From positions 9,316 to 73,315 of the forward strand of contig MEIE01000001.1 of the NCBI GenBank assembly GCA_001750625.1: DNA of 64,000 bases, written 5' to 3'. This document shows, in pieces, positions 56,207 to 64,000 of this stretch (positions within the stretch are counted from its first letter, which is position 1; each line of letters opens with the position of its first letter). The notes beneath the pieces are model-generated. The model was not told the origin of the DNA. It saw only the letters and a program-made list of their open reading frames with translations, and did not search any database. The stretch comes from Candidatus Amphirhobacter heronislandensis (GTDB lineage Bacteria > Pseudomonadota > Gammaproteobacteria > Tethybacterales > Tethybacteraceae). The position numbers and the translations under genes were made by a program.

Positions 56207-57331
56207 ATGACCGGCAGCAAGGCCAAGTCTCCGCCCCAGGAAGTCCCGTCGCGCCTGGGCCTGATCGAGCGCAAAGGCGGCCTCGACGACCGCGCCGAGC
56301 AGGCCTGGCGGGCCTTGGACTGCGCGGCCAAGGAAGGCCGGATCAAGGACCTGGACGCCGAGCTGTGCAAGGGCTGGGACGAGATCGAGGACCCGACGGG
56401 GCTGCAGCGGGAGCGCGCCCGGCTGCAGGCCGAGGTCGAGCCGCTGCGGGACGCGCGCCAGCAGCTGGCCGACGCCGAAGAGATGCTCGCGCTGCTGGCG
56501 GCCGAGCCCGACGAGGAGATCCAGGCCGAGGTCGCGGCGCAGCTGGAGGCGGTCGCGGCGGCCCTGGACGGCGCCGAGCTGCGGCAGCAGCTCGCGCATC
56601 CGCACGCCGCCTGCGATTCGTACCTGGACATCCATTTCGGCTCCGGCGGCGTCGAATCGCAGGACTGGGCGCAGATGCTCAGGCGCATGTACGTCGGCTA
56701 CGCGAACTCCTGCGGCTGGCGGGTGAGCACGGTGGAGGAGACCCTGGGCGAGGCCGGCGTCAAGAGCGCGACGCTGCTGCTCGAGGGCGAGCACGCCTAC
56801 GGCATGCTGCGCACCGAGACCGGCATCCACCGCCTGGTGCGCAAGTCACCCTTCGATTCGGGCAACCGGCGCCACACGACCTTCGCCTCGGTCTTCGCCT
56901 ATCCGGTGCTGCCCGAGGCCGAGGCGGTCGAGATCAGCCCGGCCGACCTGCGCATCGACACCTACCGCTCCTCGGGCGCCGGCGGCCAGCACGTCAACAC
57001 CACCGACTCGGCGGTGCGCATCACGCACCTGCCGACCGGCATCGTCGTCCAGTCGCAGAAGGAGCGGTCGCAGCACGTCAACAAGGCCACCGCGATGTCG
57101 ATGCTGCAGTCGCGCCTGAACCTGCTGCGGCAGGAGAAGCAGGACGCCGAGAAGCGGCGCATCGAGGCCGGCAAGGACGACATCTCCTGGGGCGCGCAGA
57201 TCCGCTCGTACGTCCTCGACCAGTCGCGGGTCAAGGACCTGCGCACCGGCGTCGAGAGCGGCAACCCGCGGGCGGTGCTCGACGGCGGCCTGCAGCCCTT
57301 CATCGAAGCCAGCCTGCGCCAGCGCCTCTAA
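56207..57331 (+). CDS. prfB: Peptide chain release factor 2 (no programmed +1 frameshift site detected)
   Basis: SPF tripeptide (RKSPFDSGN) and GGQ (SGAGGQHVN). Continuous 374 aa ORF. No CTTTGAC motif in or upstream of the first 100 codons. Confidence 0.85.
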   Translation: MTGSKAKSPPQEVPSRLGLIERKGGLDDRAEQAWRALDCAAKEGRIKDLDAELCKGWDEIEDPTGLQRERARLQAEVEPLRDARQQLADAEEMLALLAAEPDEEIQAEVAAQLEAVAAALDGAELRQQLAHPHAACDSYLDIHFGSGGVESQDWAQMLRRMYVGYANSCGWRVSTVEETLGEAGVKSATLLLEGEHAYGMLRTETGIHRLVRKSPFDSGNRRHTTFASVFAYPVLPEAEAVEISPADLRIDTYRSSGAGGQHVNTTDSAVRITHLPTGIVVQSQKERSQHVNKATAMSMLQSRLNLLRQEKQDAEKRRIEAGKDDISWGAQIRSYVLDQSRVKDLRTGVESGNPRAVLDGGLQPFIEASLRQRL

Positions 57332-57357
57332 GGCCCGCCTAAATTAAAATAACCGCG

Positions 57358-58317
57358 ATGGAGAAAGTGGTGGTCTTCGGCGGCGGCGGCTTCATTGGCC
57401 AGCGCGTCGTCAAGTTCCTGGTCGAGGCCGGCTATCACGTGATCGTGCCGACGCGGCGGCGCGAGCGCGTCAAGGAGAACCTGATCGTGCTCCCGAACAC
57501 CGACGTCGTCTCCTGCGACCCGTCGAGCCCGAAGGCGGTCGCGGCGCTGCTCGCCCACGCCGACATCGTCTTCAACCTGACCGGCATCCTGCATGAGCGG
57601 GGCAAGAACACCTTCGAGACGGTGCACGTCGAGTTCGTCCGGCGCCTCGCCGACGCGCTCGCCCAGGCGGGCAGCGTGCGGCAGTTCATCCACTTCAGCG
57701 CGCTGAACGCGATGACCGGCGCGCCCAGCCGCTACCTGCGCAGCAAGGGCAAGGGCGAGGTGCACGTCAGCAAGATCGGGCGCTGCGAATGGACGGTGAT
57801 CCGGCCGTCGGTGGTCTTCGGCGACGGCGATTCCTTTTTGGGCCTGCTGGAGAAGCTGGCCCGCTACCTGCCGGTGCTGGCGCTGCCGGGCGCCGACGCC
57901 CGCTTCCAGCCGATCTGGGTCGACGACCTCGCGCGCATGGCGGTGGCGTCGGTCCGCAACCCGGACTGCTTCGGCAAGTCGCTGAGCGCCGGCGGCCCCG
58001 AGACCCTGCGCTTCGCCGAGATCCTCGCGAGCCTGTTGGCCGCGATGGGCAAGCGCCGGGTCGTCATCAGGCTGTCCGGCGGCATGGCGCGGCTGCTGGC
58101 GCTGGGGATGGAGATGACGCCGTTCCTGCCGCCGCTGCTGACCCGCGACAACCTGGATTCGATGCGGCTGCCCTCGACCTGCGAGAGCCGCAACGACGCC
58201 AAGACGCTGGTGCCGGCGCGGCTGACCTCCCTGCGCGAATACCTGGCGGCGCGGTCGAGCCGCGGCGGCCTCAACGACAGCTACAGCGAGTACCGGCACA
58301 TAGCGCGGCGGCACTAG
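57358..58317 (+). CDS. NAD(P)-dependent epimerase/dehydratase family protein (complex I NDUFA9-like / NmrA-like)
   Basis: VVVFGGGGFIGQRVVKFL Rossmann motif, 319 aa. Confidence 0.7.
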   Translation: MEKVVVFGGGGFIGQRVVKFLVEAGYHVIVPTRRRERVKENLIVLPNTDVVSCDPSSPKAVAALLAHADIVFNLTGILHERGKNTFETVHVEFVRRLADALAQAGSVRQFIHFSALNAMTGAPSRYLRSKGKGEVHVSKIGRCEWTVIRPSVVFGDGDSFLGLLEKLARYLPVLALPGADARFQPIWVDDLARMAVASVRNPDCFGKSLSAGGPETLRFAEILASLLAAMGKRRVVIRLSGGMARLLALGMEMTPFLPPLLTRDNLDSMRLPSTCESRNDAKTLVPARLTSLREYLAARSSRGGLNDSYSEYRHIARRH

Positions 58318-58321
58318 CGTC

Positions 58322-59539
58322 ATGCGCGCCTACAAGGTGGGCGGCGCGGTGCGCGACCGGCTTTTAGGCCGCGTCCCCCGGGACGCCGACTACGTGGTGG
58401 TGGGCGCCACGCCCGCAGCGATGCTCGCCGAGGGCTACAAGCAGGTCGGCGCGGACTTCCCGGTCTTTTTGCATCCCGAAACCAAGGAGGAGTACGCCCT
58501 GGCGCGCACCGAGCGCAAGCGCGGCCGGGGCCACAAGGGCTTCGCGGTCGACGCCGCGCCGACGGTGACGCTCGAGGAGGACCTGATGCGCCGGGACTTC
58601 ACGGTCAACGCCATGGCGGAGGAGGACGACGGCCGCCTCATCGATCCCCACCAGGGCCGCCGCGACATCTCCTTGCGCCGGCTGCGCCACGTCAGCGAGG
58701 CCTTCGCCGAGGATCCGCTGCGGGTGCTGCGGGCGGCGCGCTTCGCGGCCGAGCTCGATTTCATCATCGACGGCGCGACCGAAAAACTGATGGCCGAGAT
58801 GGTCGCCGCCGGCGCGCTGGCCGAGCTCGCGCCCGAGCGGATCTGGATGGAGCTGCGCCGCGGCCTGGCTTCGCTGCGGCCGCGGCGCATGTTCGAGTGC
58901 CTGCGCGCCTGCGGCGCGCTGGCCGCGGTCCTGCCCGAGGTGGACGCGCTGTTCGGGGTGGAGCAGGACCCGAAGCAGCATCCCGAAGGCTGCGCCGGCA
59001 CCCACACCATGATGGTGCTCACGGCCGCCGCCGCCAACAGCTGGCCGTGGGAATACCGCTGGGCCGCATTGTTGCACGACGTCGGCAAGGCGCTGACGCC
59101 GGCCGCGGATCTGCCGCGCCATCCCGGCCACGAGGAGCGCGGCGCCGAGCTTGCGGCGGCGGCCTGCGCGCGGCTGCGCGTCCCGAAAAAGGCGGCGGCC
59201 GGCGCGACGGTCGCGACGCGGGAACATGGGCTGGTGCACGGCTTCGCTGAACTTGAGCCCGAAGATGCCACGGCGCTGCTCGGGCGCGCCGGCGCCTGGC
59301 GCACCGCCGGGCAGCTCGAATGCCTGCTGGCGGTGTGCGACTGCGACCACTCCGCCCATCCCGACCTGCCCGACGTCTACCAGATCCATCCGCAGCGCGA
59401 GCTGATCGAGGCCTGCGTCGCGGCGGTGGCCGAGCTGGACCTCGCCGACGTGGCTTCCAAAGGGGAGGGCGCCAAGGCCGAGGCCGACGCGCGCCGGCGC
59501 GCGGCGGTGGCCAAAACGATGGCGGAGTGGCGCGGCTAG
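58322..59539 (+). CDS. cca: Multifunctional CCA-adding tRNA nucleotidyltransferase with HD phosphohydrolase domain
   Basis: MRAYKVGGAVRDRLLG...DADYVVVG, RRDFTVNAM, then HD domain (H...HDVGK). Confidence 0.85.
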   Translation: MRAYKVGGAVRDRLLGRVPRDADYVVVGATPAAMLAEGYKQVGADFPVFLHPETKEEYALARTERKRGRGHKGFAVDAAPTVTLEEDLMRRDFTVNAMAEEDDGRLIDPHQGRRDISLRRLRHVSEAFAEDPLRVLRAARFAAELDFIIDGATEKLMAEMVAAGALAELAPERIWMELRRGLASLRPRRMFECLRACGALAAVLPEVDALFGVEQDPKQHPEGCAGTHTMMVLTAAAANSWPWEYRWAALLHDVGKALTPAADLPRHPGHEERGAELAAAACARLRVPKKAAAGATVATREHGLVHGFAELEPEDATALLGRAGAWRTAGQLECLLAVCDCDHSAHPDLPDVYQIHPQRELIEACVAAVAELDLADVASKGEGAKAEADARRRAAVAKTMAEWRG

Positions 59540-60477
59540 GCCGCGGCGAGCATCGCGTCGATGACCTGGTCGGCGAAGGCTTCGCCGGTCTGGTCGCGGA
59601 CCGTCTTGAGGCCGGTGGGGCAGGTGATGTTGATTTCGGTCAGCTTGCCGCCGATGACGTCGATGCCGGCGAAGACCACGCCGCGCTCTTTTAAAACCGG
59701 GCCGACCGCTTCGGCGACGCGCCGTTCGGCTTCGCCGAGCGGCATGGCCTCGGGCTGGCCGCCGGCGGCCATGTTGCCGCGGTGGCCGTCCGCTTTCGGG
59801 ACGCGGTTGAGCATCAGCTCGGCCGGCTGGCCGTCGATGACGAAGACGCGGCGGTCGCCGTCCACCACCGCTGGCAGCCGTTCCTGGACCAGGGCGAGGC
59901 CGTCGCGGCGCAGGATCTCCTCGAGCGCGACCTCGATGTTGCTGTCGGCGCCGCTGGCGAAGGCGAAGACGCCGCGGCCGCCCATGCTGTTGAAGGGCTT
60001 GACCATGACGCCGGCCTCCCGGCCGCGGCAGAACGCCAGCAGCTCAGCCTTGCTCGACGAGGCGAGCGAGGGCGGGGTGTGTGCGGCGAAGCCGAAGGCG
60101 CTGAGCTTTTCCTCCTGCGCCAGGATGGCCTGCGGCCGGTTCCACACCCGGACCCCCTGCGCGGCCGCGTAGGCCAGCATCTGGCACAGCAGGCGGTACG
60201 AGGCGTCGACCGGCGGCTCGAGGCGGATGGCGACCAGATCGCAGGCTGCCGCCGCCACCTGTTCCAGCGGTCCCAGACGATGCCAAGGGTCCTGGCCGTC
60301 CGCGATTTCAATGACTTGGGCCTGAAAGCTCACCTCGCCGCCACGCAGGCTGACGCCGTCCCGCCGCACCAGCAGGACGCGGTGGCTCCGCAGCTGGTGG
60401 CGGCGGATCAGCTCCAGCGAGCTGTCGCTCGCTGGATCGAGGACGGCGGGGTCGTCCAGCAGGTAGGCGGCCTGCAT
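59536..60477 (-). CDS. gshB: Glutathione synthetase (ATP-grasp)
   Basis: 314 aa from MQAAYLLDD. NMAAGGQPEAMPL and VFAGIDVIGGKLTEINITCPTG colinear with E. coli GshB. The ORF-track 5' extension is spurious. Confidence 0.85.
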   Translation of the reverse strand: MQAAYLLDDPAVLDPASDSSLELIRRHQLRSHRVLLVRRDGVSLRGGEVSFQAQVIEIADGQDPWHRLGPLEQVAAAACDLVAIRLEPPVDASYRLLCQMLAYAAAQGVRVWNRPQAILAQEEKLSAFGFAAHTPPSLASSSKAELLAFCRGREAGVMVKPFNSMGGRGVFAFASGADSNIEVALEEILRRDGLALVQERLPAVVDGDRRVFVIDGQPAELMLNRVPKADGHRGNMAAGGQPEAMPLGEAERRVAEAVGPVLKERGVVFAGIDVIGGKLTEINITCPTGLKTVRDQTGEAFADQVIDAMLAAA

Positions 60478-60505
60478 GGCGCTTCCCCCGGCCGGGGCGG
60501 GCCGC

Positions 60506-61177
60506 CTAGCGCTGCTGGTGCGGGAAGCGCTCGAGCGTGGCGTCCTCAAGCACGTCGACCTTGACGATCACGTCGATGCTGTCGACCGGCTTGTAGGGCA
60601 GCTCGCCTTCGAGCACCAGGCCGTTGTACTCGTACTCGACCTTGTACTTGGTGATGACCCGGCGCGAGACGATGTCCGAGCCGCACTGCCGGGAGATCTC
60701 CCGCCGGTCGCGCGACAGGTAGCCGCCCGCGAACGCCGCGCCGAGCGCCGCGCCCGCCGCCGTGCTCGCGGTCCGGCCCGAGCCGCCGCCGACCTGGTTG
60801 CCGACCACGCCGCCGGCGAGCGCGCCGAGCAGCTGCTCGCCGGTCAGCTCGCGTTTGCCGCTGCCGATGTGCGAGCCGATCAGGGCGCCCAAGGCGGCCG
60901 CCGCGTCCTGGCCTTTGTTCTTGCCGAACTGCGCCCCGACCGCGCCGCCGAGGATCGCGCCGAGGATCGCTCCCTCGCCGTTCACGTCGCTGGCGGGCCG
61001 GTTGCTGAGGTTCTGGTAGGCCGAGTGCCGGCAGTTGCGCGAGGGCGCGTAGATGCGCTCGACGACGGGCTCGGTGCTGATGACGAGCGCCGAATCGATG
61101 AATTCCTCGGCGCGGACGGAATGCTGCGCCATCAATGCGATAGCGCAGACAGTGCAGAAGAGTTTGATGTTTTTCAT
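60506..61177 (-). CDS. Glycine-zipper 2TM domain outer-membrane protein (SlyB/Pcp-like, 17 kDa surface antigen family)
   Basis: Signal peptide MKNIKLFCTVCAIALMAQHSVRA, then Gly-zipper segments (AILGAILGGAVGAQFG, ALGALIGSHIGSG, GALAGGVVGNQVGGG). Confidence 0.7.
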   Translation of the reverse strand: MKNIKLFCTVCAIALMAQHSVRAEEFIDSALVISTEPVVERIYAPSRNCRHSAYQNLSNRPASDVNGEGAILGAILGGAVGAQFGKNKGQDAAAALGALIGSHIGSGKRELTGEQLLGALAGGVVGNQVGGGSGRTASTAAGAALGAAFAGGYLSRDRREISRQCGSDIVSRRVITKYKVEYEYNGLVLEGELPYKPVDSIDVIVKVDVLEDATLERFPHQQR

Positions 61178-61274
61178 GGTTGTTCCTCGCGGGTGGTTGG
61201 ATGACTGGCGGAGTGCCGTGGAGTCAGGAGTTCCTGCTCTGCATTCTAGCATTGCGGTGTAAAATGATGGAAAA

Positions 61275-61306
61275 TTGTGTTATTATTTGCAAAATCGTGG
61301 TAGAAT
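61275..61306 (+). promoter_or_regulatory. AT-rich candidate Pmra promoter (extended -10 TGgTAGAAT at 61298-61306) upstream of mraZ
   Basis: The only AT-rich stretch in the 178-bp mraZ upstream gap. -10-like TAGAAT preceded by TGg. No convincing -35. Confidence 0.3.
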
Positions 61307-61355
61307 TGCAGGCAGAGCGCCAACTTCCTCCTGACGTTTATTATACCTAACAAGC

Positions 61356-61811
61356 ATGTTTCGCGGCACGAGCATAGTCAAAAGGGACGCCAAGGGCCGG
61401 GTCGTCGTGCCGAGCCGTTTCCGCGGCGCGATGGAGGCGGCCGAAGGGGATCTGGCGGTGACCAGCCATCCCGAGGGCTTCCTGCTGCTGATGACGCAGG
61501 CGAAGTACGAGGTGCTCGAAGAGCAGGTGAGCGGCATGCCGGACAACGACGAGCGCGCCCTGTACTTCAAGCAGACGCTCATCGGCATGGCCGAGTCCGG
61601 CCTGCGGCTGGACAAGCTCGGCCGCGTCAGCCTCAGCGCCGAGCAGCGCGAGCACGCCAGCATCGAGACCGAAGTCGCCCTGGTGGGGATGCGGGACCAC
61701 ATCCGCATCTGGGGCGCCGAGCGGCTCAAGAAGCTCAACGCCGCCTTCCGCGAAAGCCGGGAGGACGGCAAGATGGTTTTGCCTGAGGGGTGGAATGGAT
61801 TCAAAATCTAA
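61356..61811 (+). CDS. mraZ: Transcriptional regulator MraZ
   Basis: 151 aa, MFRGTSIVKRDAKGRVVVPSRFR, two SpoVT/AbrB-like repeats. First gene of the dcw cluster. Confidence 0.9.
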   Translation: MFRGTSIVKRDAKGRVVVPSRFRGAMEAAEGDLAVTSHPEGFLLLMTQAKYEVLEEQVSGMPDNDERALYFKQTLIGMAESGLRLDKLGRVSLSAEQREHASIETEVALVGMRDHIRIWGAERLKKLNAAFRESREDGKMVLPEGWNGFKI

Positions 61812-62673
61812 GTTCTCCCACTCTCCTGTGATGCTTCGCGAATGCGTCGAAGCTTTGGTCCATGACCCCTCGGGCATCTATGTCGACGCGACCTACGGCG
61901 GCGGCGGGCACAGCGGCGCGATCCTCGAGCGGCTCGCGGCCGGCGCGCGCCTGCTCGCGCTGGACGCCGATCCGGCGGTGCGGCCGAGCGCGGCCTGCGC
62001 GGCCGATGCGCGCTTCAGCCTGCACCACGCCAACTTCCGCGACATCGACGCCGTCGTCGAGCAGGCCGGCGTCTCGGAGCTCGCCGGCGTCCTCATGGAC
62101 CTGGGCGTGTCCTCGCCGCAGCTCGAGGACCCGGCGCGGGGCTTTTCGTTCATGCGCGCCGGCCCGCTCGACATGCGGCTGGACTCCTCGACCGGCCCGA
62201 GCCTCGCCGAGCTGCTCGCGCGGGTGGCCGAGCCCGAGCTCGAGCGCCTGATCCGCGAGTACGGCGAAGAGCGCCGCGCCCGCAGCATCGCGCGCCGCAT
62301 CGTCGCGCTGCGCGCCGCCGGCGAGCTGCGCAGCACCGCCGACCTCGCGCGCGCCTGCGGCGGCCGGCGGGCCGGCGGCGTCCATCCGGCGACCCGTCTG
62401 TTCCTCGCGCTGCGGATCTGGGTCAACGCCGAGCTGCGGGTCCTCGAAGAGGCGCTGCGCAAGGTCGCCGCGCTGCTCGCGCGCAACGGCCGCCTGGTGG
62501 TGCTCAGCTTCCATTCGCTCGAGGACCGCATCGTCAAGCGTTTCATCGGCCCGCGCTCCCACAACGACGGCCCGCTGCGGCGGCTGTTCAAGGCCCGCCG
62601 GCCGTCCGCAGAGGAGGCCGCGGCCAACCGCCGCGCGCGCAGCGCCATGCTGCGCGCCGCCTATCGGCCATGA
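61795..62673 (+). CDS. rsmH: 16S rRNA (cytosine1402-N4)-methyltransferase RsmH (MraW)
   Basis: HSPVMLRECVEAL...YVDATYGGGGHS...LMDLGVSSPQLEDP...SFHSLEDRIVKRF. Confidence 0.9.
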   Translation: MDSKSKFSHSPVMLRECVEALVHDPSGIYVDATYGGGGHSGAILERLAAGARLLALDADPAVRPSAACAADARFSLHHANFRDIDAVVEQAGVSELAGVLMDLGVSSPQLEDPARGFSFMRAGPLDMRLDSSTGPSLAELLARVAEPELERLIREYGEERRARSIARRIVALRAAGELRSTADLARACGGRRAGGVHPATRLFLALRIWVNAELRVLEEALRKVAALLARNGRLVVLSFHSLEDRIVKRFIGPRSHNDGPLRRLFKARRPSAEEAAANRRARSAMLRAAYRP

Positions 62674-62996
62674 TCGGGCGGGTGCCGCGGGCGCTGGCCG
62701 CCGTGCTCCTGCTCGCGGTCCTGTGCATCCTGGCGTCCATCAAGCTCATCGACGTCCGCTACCAGGCGCGCAAGCTGCAGGCGACGCTCAACGAGATCGA
62801 GCAGGAGCGCCTCGCCATGCGCGAGCAGAACCGCCGCTACCTGATCGAGCTCACGGCCTTCACCGACTACTACCAGCTGCACCGGCAGGCGGCCACCGAG
62901 CACGCGATGGTCTTCCCCGACGCCGGCGCCGGCACGCTGGTTGACCTGCAGAACCTGCCCGGCCATTTCGCCCAGGCGGAACAGGGCGATGATTAA
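62670..62996 (+). CDS. ftsL: Cell division protein FtsL
   Basis: 108 aa bitopic protein with a TM helix and coiled coil, between rsmH and ftsI. Confidence 0.8.
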   Translation: MIGRVPRALAAVLLLAVLCILASIKLIDVRYQARKLQATLNEIEQERLAMREQNRRYLIELTAFTDYYQLHRQAATEHAMVFPDAGAGTLVDLQNLPGHFAQAEQGDD

Positions 62997-64000
62997 GCTG
63001 CGCGAGCGGCGGGTGGCCTGCGCGCCGGCGCGCATGCACCTGATCGTCTTCGCCCTGCTGCTGGCCTTCGCGCTGCTGCTCGGCGGCGCGACCTGGCGCA
63101 GCGTGATCCAGGGCGACATGCTGACGAGCGAGGCGCGCAGCCGCTATCTCGACCGGATCATGATCGAGGGCGAGCGCGGCGCGATCTGGGACCGCAACGG
63201 CCGGCCGATGGCGATGAGCGCGGTGGTCTACTCGGCGCACCTCAACCCGGTGCAGTTCCGCGGCTGGGCGGAGAAAAAGCCTCAGGCGGCGGCCCGCGCC
63301 GCCGCGACGCTCGCCGCGCAGCTGGAGCTGGACGGCGCGAAGATCGACGAGATCCTCGCGCGGACGTCGGGCTTCGCCTATCTGCGGCACGGCCTGACGC
63401 CCGAGGAGATGCGGCGCGCGCGCGACGCCGGCATCCCCTACCTGCGCTTCGAGAAGCGCTACCGGCGCTTTTATCCCACGGCGCAGGAAGCCGCCCACGT
63501 CACCGGCTTCATCAACCATGAGGGGCGGGGGATGGTCGGCGTCGAACGCGCCCGCCACGCCGAATTGCGGCCCGCGGCCGGCCAGATGCGGGTGCTGCGC
63601 ACCAGCGGCGGCCAGGTCCTCGAGGTCCACAGCCGCGAGCCGGCGACCAACGGCGGCGACGTCTACCTGACCATCGACTCGCGGCTGCAGTACATCGCGG
63701 CGGTCGCGCTCGCGCAGGCGGTCGAGCACCACCAGGCGCGCGCGGGCTCGGCGATCGTCCTTGACGCCGTCACCGGCGACATCCTCGCGCTGACCAACGT
63801 GCCGAGCTTCAATCCGAACAACATCGCCGCCGAGCCGGACCTGCGCCGCAACCGGGCGCTGCAGGACATCTTCGAGCCGGGCTCGACGATGAAGCCGGTG
63901 CTCGCCGCGCTCGCGCTCGAAGAGGGCCTGCTGTCGCCGGGGACGCTGCTGCGCACCGCCAAGCCGCTGCGCTACGGCTCCTATTTAATACAGGACAAGA
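62989..64000 (+). CDS. ftsI: Peptidoglycan D,D-transpeptidase FtsI (PBP3), 3'-truncated by the window edge
   Basis: Open frame from ATG 62989 (overlapping the ftsL stop) to the window end: MIKLRERR...TM...RGAIWDRNGRPMAMS...LTIDSRLQYIA...FEPGSTMKP (SxxK-region approach). Confidence 0.85.
   Translation, partial: MIKLRERRVACAPARMHLIVFALLLAFALLLGGATWRSVIQGDMLTSEARSRYLDRIMIEGERGAIWDRNGRPMAMSAVVYSAHLNPVQFRGWAEKKPQAAARAAATLAAQLELDGAKIDEILARTSGFAYLRHGLTPEEMRRARDAGIPYLRFEKRYRRFYPTAQEAAHVTGFINHEGRGMVGVERARHAELRPAAGQMRVLRTSGGQVLEVHSREPATNGGDVYLTIDSRLQYIAAVALAQAVEHHQARAGSAIVLDAVTGDILALTNVPSFNPNNIAAEPDLRRNRALQDIFEPGSTMKPVLAALALEEGLLSPGTLLRTAKPLRYGSYLIQDK

Noticed and set aside
56145-56330. Searched for the RF2 programmed frameshift cassette (SD-like + CTT TGA C) and a short frame-0 leader
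   Set aside because: Not present. prfB is a single continuous ORF, reported as a low-interest finding, not as a recoding site.
7729-61355. Looked for tRNA/rRNA/small RNA genes, CRISPR repeats, IS elements and integrase/transposase remnants in all non-coding gaps (7729-7869, 33700-33766, 45595-45688, 48358-48439, 61178-61355, others under 50 bp)
   Set aside because: The gaps are short promoter-like regions with no tRNA-like cloverleaf arms, no direct-repeat arrays and no terminal inverted repeats. Periodic repeats seen at 55000-55560 are protein-coding (RmuC).

Overview
High-GC (about 70%) proteobacterial chromosomal core region, densely coding on both strands with about 58 protein genes. I found no rRNA or tRNA genes, no CRISPR array and no mobile elements. 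The gene order (glmM, smc-zipA-ligA, accA-tilS, nuoJKLMN followed by a NUDIX hydrolase, yggS-proC divergent from pilT, dapA-bamC, murJ, leuC, thrB type II, hemF, moeA, orn, recG, erpA, fbpABC, purB, rmuC, prfB, cca, gshB, and the start of the dcw cluster mraZ-rsmH-ftsL-ftsI) fits a Beta- or Gammaproteobacterium, most likely Betaproteobacteria. The most notable local features are: (1) a CHASE2 sensor class-III nucleotidyl cyclase immediately followed by a class-II (PDE1/CpdP-type) 3',5'-cyclic-nucleotide phosphodiesterase; (2) a lutA-lutB-[D-2-hydroxyacid dehydrogenase]-lutC lactate-utilisation cluster divergent from an orphan acpP-fabF pair, with duplicated palindromic motifs in the shared promoter region; (3) an orphan nuoJKLMN block fused by a TGATG overlap to tilS, with no nuoA-I upstream; (4) a near-perfect Fur box immediately upstream of fbpABC, which is translationally coupled to a terC-family gene; (5) three conserved genes with broken reading frames within 16 kb (the cyclase, ligA and accA), pointing to indel or assembly error or to pseudogenisation. 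Many long ORFs in the six-frame track are Arg/Gly/Ala/Pro-rich alternative-frame artefacts of the GC-rich coding strand and were rejected.
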